Source: Octopus vulgaris | Taxonomy: Eukaryota | Assembly: GCA_951406725.2 (NCBI GenBank) | Contig: OX597814.1 | Location: forward strand, 36,642,001-36,706,000 | Direction: 5' to 3' | Length of the DNA: 64,000 nt | Part shown: piece after piece, positions 38,131-51,475 of the stretch | Layout of the letters: the number at the start of each line of letters is the position of its first letter | Position numbering within the stretch: the stretch's first letter is position 1 | Position numbers and translations under genes: made by a program | The notes under the pieces: generated by a model | Seen by the model: only the letters and a program-made list of their open reading frames with translations | The model's database searches: none | Told to the model about the DNA's origin: nothing

Positions 38131-38349
38131 ACCATTTGGCTATTCTCTGGTATAATACGGGATTCGATGTCTCTTTTATTCGAGAGGATTTTAACTCCGA
38201 AGTCTTACTCCGAAACTACGACTCAAACTTCGAAATGTGACTCGGAGTCGAAGAGAAAATTTACTCCTTGACAAAATGAGTAGCATTCTACTCACGAACC
38301 ACATTTTGTTATGCGTATATTCCTGCCCCAACGCGATGCTGAAATACGT

Positions 38350-38560
38350 TTTTTTAAAGAAATTTCATGTCGTATGGTCCATCATCAGGAGTTATGTGCT
38401 TTGAGAAGATTGTTTCCGACTCTACTCTGTATGTAGCACTTCGGTGAAGTATTCTCTTTTCTTGGGTTTTAGCCGATGCTGCCTGACATTCACGGGCACA
38501 TATATAAGCGTCTTTACTGGGTTTAGTTCTGGGATAAAGGAAATATAATTGCACGTAAGC
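38350..38560 (-). mobile_element. Decayed Penelope-like C-terminus with a hammerhead-like core
   Basis: KREYFTEVLHTE resembles the PLE RE.YFI..L.P.LN ending; ctgatga...gaaa at 38363-38388 on the minus strand. Confidence 0.4.
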
Positions 38561-38626
38561 ATGTCTGTCTGTTTGACTCTCTATCTGTTTGTTTGTCTCC
38601 CTGTCTATCTGTCTATTTGTTATCTC

Positions 38627-38747
<121 letters not shown>

Positions 38748-39862
38748 TTATCTTTCTCTCTATGCACAAATTATGCATGTGAATAATGTTATATCATACA
38801 TTATATATGTATATCATAACGCACACATATACACATGCATACACACACACACAAGCACACACACATATGCATATTAGTATGTATGGCAAAGCTCATGTGG
38901 TCTCATATCTAAAAATCATGACTTGAAACAGTTCTAGTAAATTCACCTTTCTCTTTTCTGTTGCATAAAAATTTCCAGAAAAATTGTAGCATAATATTAT
39001 TTTGAACTCTCTCGTTCCTCTCTGTATCTGGTAGGAACTTATAACGCTTTATTTTTCATATGGTTTCGATTACACTTTATCATTTCATAAAACAACCTCG
39101 ACATACATTTCTTCATCTTAAGGTTTTAACAACTGATTCCTTTGGCTTCTACTGATTTCCTTGTAATGTAGTATAAAGCAAAAAGAAACTATGCTTAGTC
39201 ATACTCATTTCGTTATTTATTTTACATTTGTCTGTATTTGAAAAAACTTTTACTATTTCGTTTAATTTATTTTTCTTTATAATTCCTATCAATATGAATG
39301 TTAAATCTATGTGCATATGTCTGTGCAGGCGTGTTGTGTGTATGTGTATGAGTGGTGCGTATTTGTGTGTCTATAGACACATACTTATGCATATCTATGT
39401 TTCAGTTATCTATGAAATAAGTAACTGACTTAACTCCCTTGAAACCTACAGTCTCTCTTCCTATTATTTTCTAATATTTCTTAACAGATATCTAAGAGCA
39501 TTTCCTATATTTCGTCTCTTCACATTCAATCTGGGATTTCCCTACACACATCCCATCTACTTCCCTTCAGTGTTTCCTCTTGCGCACCATCCCTTCAACA
39601 ATATCTCTTACTTTACTAAAATTTTATAATTTTTTCTCACAATTTTTTTTTTAATGTTTTTGTTGCATTGTATTTTGGCAATAGTAAATAATTTTTTTTC
39701 TATTTCAGCTTGTTTTTGTTTTCGCAATATTTACAATTCATCATTCCAACGTATTATTCGTTTTTATGGTTATGACCAAGAGGCTTCTAAATCTTGGCAT
39801 AAAAATGTAAGGTTCTGTTGAGATATTTGCAGTAACTGCGTCTATATATATGTGTATAGATG

Positions 39863-39902
<40 letters not shown>

Positions 39903-41632
39903 AACGTATGCACGCACGTACATGCATATGTAAAAATATATATAGATATGTATACACACATATATTCACACACACACACATATATATATACACATATACA
40001 TACACACACACACATATATATGTATGCATACATATACATACATACACACACACAAACACACAAAGTTTGTAGTTTCAAGCATAATATTGGGTGAATGAAT
40101 AATGTAAAGTTTCTGATTGTAAAGGAAAATTCAGGTAAAATGAAAATGAATTTTCCTAGATTTTAATACTGAAAACACAGCATATATATATATGCGCACA
40201 TATATATATACGTGTGTGTGTGAGTATGTGTGTATGTTTATGTCTGTTCCTTTGAAAATATGGTTTTTGTTAGTCTACATTTACGTAAACAGACAGATAC
40301 ACTCACATACACTCACACACACTGACGTATGTATATTTTCTTAACTACAAAAACAAAAAAGAGAAATCAAATAACAAATGGGTAAATATAAAGCGCTACC
40401 GATTGACAAAAGAAAAAATATAACTTTTAGAAAGTAGCGTATCAGATTTTACCATTCTTTTGTTTAGGAAACCCTGCAGTTGAGTAACCAACCATTTATC
40501 AACTATTATCAGATTATCTCAAAAAAAATCCAACAGACAGATATCATTTTGAAACTTTAACTATGGTCACTGAAGTGAGCTAAAACTATTTCCTGCAGTT
40601 GTGAAATTCCTGAAAGGGAAGGAAAAGGATAGGAAACAATATAAAAAAAAATATTTAAAAAATTCTATATAATGCAGTAAGGTCAGAGCACATAATTCAA
40701 GGCAATGAGTATTAAAAATTTTGCGTTCAAATTTTCAATGGTCTATGCGATAGAGTAAAAGGTAGATGGTGAGATATTCGACTCATTGGTCACGGATCAT
40801 ATGATCAAACATATTAATTGCATTTTATTATGTTTTTAGACACAATGCATTATTTTATACCGCAAAGCTTAACTAACTTTTGATAATAATGGCTTGATGA
40901 GTGCTTTAATATTTGTTCAATATTCGACGTTCATTAAAGGTCACAGTCAATGTGTCAATCCACTCAGGTTGCAGTATTTGATTGCCGTTTGAACGAAATA
41001 GTTGAGGTGTGCAAAAGTGAGTTTCGAGTTTTATCTGACTACTTTCATCATCGGAATATACATGTGACATCTTGTATGTAATTGAAAGTAGCGAAAGGAA
41101 TGAAGATAATGCAATTCTGAACTGCCAAAGTTATTAGAATGTTGGGCGAACAGCTGAAGCTTTGAGAGACTCTTCTTAGCGAATAATAGTTATGCAATTC
41201 TATGGTCGGACTAATTATATCACACTGGCATAGTTTTACGAAACAGTGAGTAGTAGAAGTTTTGTTTATAACTAAAGAAAATCGGAATCTTGTATAAATT
41301 GATTGGGCTTGGTGCAATGAGATGTGCAACAATTTGAATTAACTGCATTATACACCTTACACATAATGTATAGATATTCTGAGAAATGAAATGCTGTTCG
41401 TACGGGGATTTAGTTGAATGAAACTAAAACCTGCAAGGAATTTAAAACGGTGGCATACACATCACTTTTAATTTACAGAAAATAACGAAAGAAAATAAAA
41501 CAATATACATGCATGTATATTCAATACACTTAAATACTCAGTGATCAGGAGCAGGTATCATGCAAAGACATTTTGTGTATTCTACCCAAATTCCGAAAGT
41601 AATTGACTTAACTATATCATTTTAATAGTCAG

Positions 41633-41722
<90 letters not shown>

Positions 41723-41799
41723 TATAAGTATTAAAATAATATGCATATATAATGATAAATGTAATTAAATATAATTTTTTATAGTAAAAGCATACATGA

Positions 41800-41998
41800 A
41801 ATTCTGAAATTCTGGTGAGGGGGCCAGTCAATTTCAGAAGCCCCATTGCTCAACTGGCATTTATTTTTATCAATCACGAAAGGTTGAAAGGTGAAGTCGA
41901 ATTCTGAAGAATTTGAGTTATCAGCGTAATGAGTCATACGAAATGCAGCTAATCATGTTACCCCGACGAGCAAACGATTCTACTCGCTACCCACCTTA
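41800..41998 (-). mobile_element. SINE family A, old
   Basis: Decayed family-A core and head. Confidence 0.65.
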
Positions 41999-42503
41999 AC
42001 AATGATAAATATAATATTATTATAAGATATGAAGATGATGATGCTGATTATGATGATGGTGGCGGCGATGATGATAATGATGATGATGGCGCCTGCAACG
42101 ACGGCGATGCCGCCGATATAAACACGAAAAGTTTGACTTAGATATCTCAAAAATTACCGACTGGACCTAAAGAACAATGTGAGAGAATTAAAGATATCTG
42201 TAAATAACTTTAATTTGTCGTCTTGAAAAAAATCCCCCAAGAGCCCATTGACAGTCGCAGATACAAAGATGTTTCCTCTACAAATATATAACTATTGCAT
42301 ATAAATTTTAAACACAAACTTAGCAACTTTTACCTCACGTCACGAGTCGCACAAACAGACGAGGGATGTACACGTCTATATACATTAGAATATTCACATT
42401 GTTGAGTGATATCTATCTATCTATCTAGCTAGCTATTTATCTGTTCTTTTATTCTTCTACTTGCTTCAGTTATTTGACTGTGGCCATGCTGGAGCACCAC
42501 CTA

Positions 42504-42558
<55 letters not shown>

Positions 42559-43021
42559 ATATGTATGTATGCTTATAGATCCTATACTGGGGAGACACAG
42601 AGAGGTAAGAAGGACAAATAGACAAAGAGACAAATAAATGCGAAAGAATCTTACTTGCTATAATTTTTCATTCAGACTTTTAACGTCGTTCTGAATTGTA
42701 GACAATGTCAACATCGAAAGGGTTTCGTACCAACTAGTTTCAGTATTTTGTACTGCTTCATCAAAGTTTGGCTATTTATTTTGTGATCACATTCAAGAAA
42801 AGTACAATATAACTATTTATAATATGTATTAACTCTTATAGGGCTAGATGTCTGTTTTCTCATTTACGCATCCCATTACGCTCGCGGGCACACACATACA
42901 CACATATATATACACAAATATATATACACACACACACGCATATACATATATATGTACGTATATATATATATATACATATATATATACGCACATATATATG
43001 TATATATATATATATGTACAT

Positions 43022-43075
<54 letters not shown>

Positions 43076-43321
43076 GACATACACAAATACGCATATACAT
43101 ATAAATATATTTTTACACAATCAATATAAATGCATATGCAAGTGTATATCTGTATATGTACATACATATATACATACATACATACATATATATACATATA
43201 TATACGCACATGTATATATACTCACATATATTTGTATATATATATGTGTGTGTGTGTGCATGTGTGTGTATATATTATGTATATATATATTTATATATAT
43301 ACATACACACACACACACACA

Positions 43322-43365
<44 letters not shown>

Positions 43366-43716
43366 CATATATACAATTATGTTTGCATCTATTTATATAT
43401 GTATATGTATATATGAATATCTAAACACACAACCACACACACACGCACGCGAGCTCACCCACATATTTGGTTTTGCAAAAATATACATATCAACACTATC
43501 ATCGATTTTACTTTCGATATACGCTAAATCGATGTCAGCTTTCTGGTGATATTATTTTCGTATAAACATTCTCTAGAAAATGTTATCTATGAAGATCTAC
43601 TCTAATTCACTTACTCTATAGAATGTGTTTTCAATTTGGATTAGAAAATTTATTTACCACGTTGAAGTGCAAGTACAAGTGTATTTATCTACTTTAATAA
43701 ATACATCGATACAATA

Positions 43717-44117
43717 TTATTTTCTGCTCTAGGTGAAAGGCCAGGAATTTTTGAAGAGGGAGCCAGTCGATTAGATTGACCCCAGTGCGCAACTGGTACT
43801 TAATTTATCGACCCGGAAAGGATGAGAGGCAAAGTCGACTTCGGCGGAATTTGAACTCAGAAGGTAGCGTCAGAGGAAATACCTATCTCTTTGCTACCCA
43901 CAAGGGGCTAAACACAGAGGAAACAAACAAGGACAGACAAACATATTAAGTCGATTACGTCGACCCAAGTGCGTAACTGGTACTTATTTAATTGACCCCG
44001 AAAGGATGAAAGGCAAAGTCGACCTTGGCGGAATTTGAACTCAGAACGTAGCGGCAGACGAAATACCGCTAAGTATTTCGCCCCGCCTACGAACGCATCT
44101 GCCAGCTCACCGCCTTA
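43717..44117 (-). mobile_element. SINE family A dimer whose second monomer has the short-tail variant
   Basis: Two family-A cores with the same junction as the other dimers. Confidence 0.9.
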
Positions 44118-44599
44118 CATATATACAACAATATTTCTAGCATCTGTATGCTATCATTAAGTGACAGATCTTTGTTGATGAGGGTAGGGAGATTGTTCAC
44201 TCATCTCAGGACAAATGTTCTTCGTAAAATTTCTAGAGACTGTATAAAACTGTGAAAACAGATATGAGATGACCGATCTGTATTCCGTTCCTATTTTTGT
44301 TACTCCGAATGAACACCTGGGAGATATTTGTAAAGCACGCGGCAAGTGGCAATGAAAGAAGACATCACAAGCAACCTAGATTGTTAATGATTCGAGAATT
44401 AACCCTAATTAATTTACCTTGCAGAATATGGAAATTAAATGCGTTTAAAACAGAAAGGTAAGTGAAATTACTATAACACCAGGAAATGGGAAAATTAACA
44501 AAATGTACGAAGATTGTTCACTACATCTTGCCGAAAAATAAATAGCTTTTAAACCGAAACATATTGCCCAGATTGGAAAATTCAGTAATCAGAAATACG

Positions 44600-45790
44600 T
44601 ATTACAACGGGCCAATATAACTCACGAATTTGTACTAATCAACAGGCTATTTACAGGAAGAATTCATAGACTTCATAGTTGGCTACTAGCATAAAACGTT
44701 GACTTTTCTTAAAGAAAGCCACTGATACATATATTTTAAAAGCTAATGAAAAGCCAAATTACCATATCTGACTTGCTTGTCATAGCACCAGCAAACCTTA
44801 TGTCGTAGAACAAAAACACTGTTTTGTCGGAGAACTATAGGTCTCATAGATCTCCTTAAACATTATGTCCAATCTATATACAAACAATTCCTCCAAACTT
44901 ATAGCAAGTCTAAAGCAATTCCTCTGAAACTATAGCGAGTCTAATGATATAAGACCTGATGAGCAAGCACATAGCAAGAAAGGTGTGTGTGGATACGTCG
45001 CACAAGTTATGGGACAATAAAACGTATTATTTGAAGAAAACACTGCAGAAAATGTGTGACTATATGGTTACATTGCGGTAAGACACTCGACTGAAGATCT
45101 GATCCATAATCTTGACACTTATGACTGACAATAGAACGATGGTCACTAACACGATAAATATTTAATGGAAGTTTTCAAAGGCAACGGAATAATCTCTCTA
45201 TGCGTTTGTTTATTTTGGCCCTAAATAATTTCTTCTATACTGTGTAAGTTATGGCTTCCCACAGTAACATACACTTATATGTTTTTCAAATTTTAGCACC
45301 AGGTCAGCAGTTTAGGTGTATATAGAGCGGGGGGAGTATGTCAATTCCATTTCTCATCATTTATTACCAACCCTGAAAGGAGGGAAGATAAAATTGATCT
45401 TGGCTGAATTTGAACTCAGAACGTAAGAACGGACGAAATTCCTCTAAGCTTTTTGCCCGCTGTGCTAGCAATTCTACCTGCTTGCCGCCTTGAAGATATT
45501 GCGCTTTGTCACTTTATACACGATCTTAGGATTTATGCCAGATATATTTAAAGTACTGACAAACTGATGGATTTAATCACACCTTTTCTGATGATGTAGC
45601 AATGGAGTTTGGCCAAAAGAAATGCTTAATTAAATGTTCATACTTAAAAACCGAACGCTGAAAACTGTTCACCAAGCCAAAAATTATTACATCAATATTC
45701 CACAGAAAGAATGCTACTTTCAAAAATATATTATACAATGATACTCTGAATAAAGATAGATTAACAGAAGAATGTTATACTAGACTTAAA
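44600..45790 (+). mobile_element. Highly decayed R4/Dong-like reverse transcriptase region, interrupted by an old family-A SINE (45280-45492, minus strand)
   Basis: Remnant motifs RLFILALN (RT motif after QGDS) and FSDDVAMEFGQKKC (FS.DI.MEFG..KC). Confidence 0.6.
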
Positions 45791-46821
45791 AGATACGGCA
45801 AGCATAACATCACACAGTATGTATACAGTATGGAACTTGATGTCAAGAAAACTTAAAGCACTGGTCCGTAATATTACGTAATTTATGAGAAAATATACGT
45901 GCATATATAAATTAGAATGTTTCACAAACATATATAATAGCGGCTTGTCAGCAACACCCACTTGAATAATAATTACCACTGTGACAATAAGAATAATAAG
46001 GTGGCCTCTTGTCTTTAAACCTATGAGAATAACAGAACACAAACTCTCTCAAATTTCAAAGTAGCATCTTTAAAAAAAATCGTAATCGAGTACAGTATTC
46101 AATATAAACTTAATGGGGTGCTCATGATTGGAACAACTTATCTTGGGTTCATCCAGCTATGGGTTACTTCTGTCTTAGTGAAAAGTATAAGAATGAATAT
46201 TTAATGAGTGATTCGCTAGAATGATATATTGTTGCGAATATTTCCTCCTGATTTTGTCACTGCTATAAATTACACTGTATATGAATCAACTAAAATACTT
46301 GTATGGATATTGGATCACGCTAGAAAAAATAGAAACAAACGCTCTTTCATACCTCGTTTTCACACCTTCGATGTTAGGGAAATGCATTAAATAGTATATA
46401 CCATACCGTGCAATATGTCTCCAGATTATAACAAACACTCCATATACTGTATTTAATCGGCAGATTGAAATACCAAGCCGTTATATTTTTGTAGATAAAA
46501 ATACAATAACCGGTCGGTCAACATTTATTCCTGCGTTGCGATTTCATCCGCCATTAAACAACCTGTTAATAACCTAACACCAAGGTAACGAGAAACTGCT
46601 TTTAAACCTTCAAATATCTTCTACACTAATACTACTTATGATCTCATTATTAACGAGTCTCAAGTAAAGCGAATAAACAATTGTTACATATTTTAACGTA
46701 TTCTTTATAGCTTGTGTGATTAATAAATTGCTATCACGTTGAAAGTGTTCTATGTCAGTGCTATACTCTAATGTAGAATGCGTGTATAGTTTTTAACCAA
46801 CACTGCCTATGAATGAGTGAA

Positions 46822-47541
46822 GTCTCTTGTAGTCCGAGGATCAAATATATGTGCTGTATATATGCGCAGCCGCCTCCATTGAATCAATTGACATTGCCTG
46901 AACAGGTGTTCTATGTACAACACGCCAGGTGTCAAAGTGATCGCTAACCAACGTGAGATGAAATGTTTTGGTCAAGAACAAAATTCCTAAATATCTATAC
47001 CCACTACCGTCGGGTTCATCCATGGTTTCTCTTCATGGTAACCGCAATGCTCTACAGGGTGTTTTCTTCCCTCTTTTCATATTAAGTACTGAGCATCTGG
47101 TAATCCAAGATTCAATACTGCTGTCCCTACCACACTTCTAGAAAGTTTGGTTAAAGAATGTATCTGGTTTTCAGATTTCCCCCCAAATTTTAGGTCTATA
47201 AGCAGAAGGTGGTTCAATGATTGGCCTTTCTTCCCACATCAGTGACCCTCTTAACTTTCCTGAGTGTCATTGTTATGGTTATTAGTGCAATTACAAATAG
47301 CAACGGAGAAAACGAGTCACCTTGGAAAGCACCCCATTTAATATTAACGTCTCCAAGGAATAAATAACTGGAGCGGATTATGAAGAAAAATATGGTGCAT
47401 AAAAGGGATGAAATGTGGATAAGAACTATCATGGCAATAACAAGGAGGAAATAAACAAACAAACATTTAAAAGGGGCATCTTCCAAGGTGACTCTTTTTC
47501 TCCGTTACCCTTTTTAATTGCTCTAATACCCATTATTATTA

Positions 47542-47625
<84 letters not shown>

Positions 47626-47747
47626 GTCATTTACTTTTAGTCTCTTGTAGTCCGAGGATCAAATATATGTGCTGTATATATGCACACCCGCCTCCATTGA
47701 ATCAATTGACGTTGCCTGAACAGGTGTTCTATGTACAACACGCCAGG
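46822..47747. repeat. ~108-bp direct repeat (46822-46929 / 47640-47747) bracketing RT fragments
   Basis: gtctcttgtagtccgaggatcaaatatatgtg...tgtacaacacgccagg occurs twice with about 3 differences. Confidence 0.92.
46975..47533 (-). mobile_element. R4/Dong-like RT fragment (minus, 46975-47360) plus an inverted RT fragment (plus, ~47450-47533)
   Basis: Minus: GAFQGDSFSPLLFVIAL...MKRGK...SGYRYLGIL. Plus: RGIFQGDSFSPLPFLIALIP. Confidence 0.88.
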
Positions 47748-47966
47748 GGCACACCCAGCGTCCTAGGGCAAGTGAAGGTTAAGAGTTGTTGAAATATAGC
47801 TGAAAGCTTGGGGAGGGAAGTAGAGAAATATCTCTATGTAATACAACATAAGCATTTACATTGATAGGGTTTTTCTAAGGATTGGGCAGTACTTGTTAGC
47901 ACAATCTTTTGGATTTCCTTGAGACATGGTTCTCCAGGGATATTATCTAGGTGTTTCTGACATCTC

Positions 47967-47969
<3 letters not shown>
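47748..47969 (-). mobile_element. R4/Dong-like RLE C-terminus and 3' UTR between (TTA)n runs (47532-47625, 47970-48157)
   Basis: KHLDNIPGEPCLKEIQKIVLTSTA matches the fragment-1 ending; ttgccctagg UTR motif. Confidence 0.85.
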
Positions 47970-48060
<91 letters not shown>

Positions 48061-49759
48061 CCTTATTATTATTATTATTATTATTATCATTATTATTATC
48101 ATTATCATTATCATTATTATTGTTATTATTAATGTTACTATTATTATTATAATTATTGCTTTCTCATATTAGTGTTAGTTTGATTGCATTGATTTATATT
48201 ATACGGCAATGAATAACGTCAAAATCTTAATCACGCTATAATCGTCACCACCACAACCACCGTTGCCGTCATCCTGATCATGATCATGATGATCATCATG
48301 GTCATCGTAATCATCATCATCATAGTCGTTGTCCTCGTCTTCGCCCTTGTCGTCATCATCATCAAAAATAATAATCATAATTATCTATGACTAATTTTCC
48401 ATATTGTGCTTAATACAAAGGAAACAGTCAAACGTAGATATAAATTAAATAGATTACGAATGGTATAATTATTTAAAAATAGTTTTTGAAATGTTTTTGA
48501 TTGCGGTAACTTTTCTCTTTTCAATTAATTTTAATTTTAATCTATAAGGCAAATTAAGCACATGCTTTTCTATTAATTGTTTGAGAGTTTTGTTCTGTTT
48601 TCAATGCTTTGTCTGGTCTAGATTTTTCCAACATTTTTTCATAGACAATGTGTCAGTTATTCGGTGTAATATTAATTTTGCATTAGCCAACTTATATTTT
48701 CTTCACACACATTTTTTAATAATAATCATTCAGTTATTTATAAACTGTGATTATATATACTTTAGAAGAAAATATAATTATTGGCATTGTTTATGCTACT
48801 GAAAAATTTAGATTTATTTTTTCTTTCAACATTTGATTATTTCATTTGTATAATGATTTCTATTTGTCAAATTGTGACAAATAGTAATCAAATTTCTATA
48901 CAAAATTCGAAAATATATAACTATATCATTAACTCATCCTCACAATTCAAAACAGATGTGCTATAAGTATTTCTAGTAGAATAGATATTGAACCGGTTTA
49001 TTATGAAATATTTAAATGATTGAGTGTCAATAAAATGGGAATTATTAGTGGACAGATCGTTGAAGTATATCTTGTCTCTACGTTGTTCCACTGTGGTGTG
49101 TACCATTCTATGCTTTCTCTAAACACTTGTCTATCATTAGCTCCCATGAAGTAGTACTGAAAAGGAGTTAACTGGATAACTATTGTCATTGATTTGGTCA
49201 TCTCTTATTTAGATGTGTAGTTACGTAGATTCCGGTTTAGTAGATGTTTTTCATTTCATGCGCAGCTTATTCAAAACTGCAACATGCATTGCGTCTTCCC
49301 TTTCGAAGACGACAAAAATTTAGTTAACGAGTATATGATTATTATTTAGAATACAACCATCAGTTACAAGGTAAGAGGCAAAAGTACATTGGTTCGAAAA
49401 AACAGTGGTTCTATATTCATTCATAAATATTTTGTGATTTTACAGTGGTAGCTGTAAAACTTTTATAGCTAGAGTAGGCCTACAATACTACTTCATGTAG
49501 AAGTTTTCTCTTTTCTCTCAGTGTTTCCGTATGCTACAATACTCTCTGTCAGCATGAATAATTCTGCAATGACTAAGATAACACGATATTCATGGTCAAC
49601 ATAGATATTATTAGTAAAATATAACAGAAGTATATAGTTAGTAAAATATAACAGAAATAAAGGGTAATTTTCTATATATATTTTTCCAGAGAAAAAAGGT
49701 AATTCTGACATTTTGTGCCAGTGGACGTAATATATTCTTAAATATATTCTTGGTTTCAT

Positions 49760-49967
49760 ATTTTGGTATAAGGCCAGCAATTTCGGGATCGGAGTAAGTC
49801 GATTACATCAATCCCCAGTGCTCAATTGGTATTTATTTTATCGACTCAGAAAGGATGAACGGCAAAATCAACATGAGCAGAATTTGGACACAGAACGTAA
49901 AGATTGACTAAATAACACTAATCATTTTGCCCGATGCAGTAACGATTCTGCCAGCTCGCCACCGTTA
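49760..49967 (-). mobile_element. SINE family A (short-tail variant)
   Basis: Family-A core and head. Confidence 0.8.
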
Positions 49968-51403
49968 TATTCTCAAATATTAAAAGTTAACTATTTCAAA
50001 GTAGCAAGCATTTATGCATGTTTTTCATAAAAGTGAAGCAGCCTTCATTTCAAATGAATGCAGGCTCTAAATCAGGTTATAATTAATGAATGTATACAGT
50101 AATTACTTTTTGAAGTAAATTAGTAAATCATCAAATATTATAATGATTTTAAAATTTCTCTTAGAAATCATTAATATTTTTAGATGACAGGTTTCAACAA
50201 TGTAGAAAGCTGAATGTATCTGCAGGAGTGCAAAAGAAAGGAGGACGTAAGAATTCTTAACGTTAGACCTCAGGTCTTTAAGCGTCACAGATGTGATAAC
50301 AAGATCAATGCCTTCTAATATGCACGACATAGTCCATGATGGTATAGAGAAATGAACATTAAAATATTGATAATGAGAATGATAGCAATTTTATAAGCAA
50401 TTCAAATAATTATTGCTTTTATTTTACGATATAATCTGATGATTATAATATGTTGAATTTTTAGTTGCAAAATCCTGCTTTTGTACTGTTATACTGGCAC
50501 AATGCTGCATTAAATGTGATGAACTAATCTGCTCCCATTTAATCGAGATAAAGTCACTGTAGCCATTTAGCTATTAAAACACAATTATCCTGTTAAATTT
50601 ACTCTTGATTTATTACTAAATTGTGATATAGATTTTATTATTTAATTATCTAAGATTTTGACGGTTTATCTATTCCTTGGTCTGCTAATAAATGCAATTT
50701 TTTACTTCTAATGCACTAAACAATACAAATGAGGAACATTACCACTTTATTTATGAGGCAACAGTGTTGATTAAAACAGGTAGAACGGAAATGGCAAACT
50801 GGAATATGGTGGATATTAAGGATCTCAGTAATGGCACTCTGGAGAAAACGCTATATATTGCTGGAAACTTTCTTTCAAATAAAATTTTAATAAAATTACC
50901 ACAATCATATACAGATGTTGCAAATAATTGCTCTGAATTACGAATAAAAAAATTGCTGTTTTACATATGAAACTAAATAGAAAAGTAGTTTATTATCAGA
51001 AGCGAGATTGGAAATATGAATTAAAACAAAAAGTCTTAATAACATGTTCAATGTCCTAAAATAAATATCACTCTGGGAACGAAAACCACAAGAATTTTAT
51101 TCTATTTCCAGCAAGATTCAAGACAAGTCTTTCAAGAAAGTAATTTTATATTCCATCCTGACCTTTTATATTTAATAGCTTAAAGGGGAGATGATAATGG
51201 TTACTAGATTTGTTCATGAACTTTACACAATCAAAAAGTCAAACGATTCAACATTTTAATATTTCAAATACAATAATTTTTCTTTACATTTTTAGAATTT
51301 TCTTTAGAATTTCAACATATACTATTTACATTTCATTTTATATATGCAAATATATGCATATTTACAAATGCGTGTATGTATGTATATATCTATCTATCAA
51401 TCT

Positions 51404-51475
<72 letters not shown>

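Noticed and set aside
49001-49201. Minus-strand terminal exon with a hydrophobic C-terminus
   Set aside because: No upstream partner exons or homology found; it competes with an equally unproven plus-strand model.
50692-50970. 92-aa ORF
   Set aside because: No recognisable motif, a stop immediately upstream, and a length attainable by chance.
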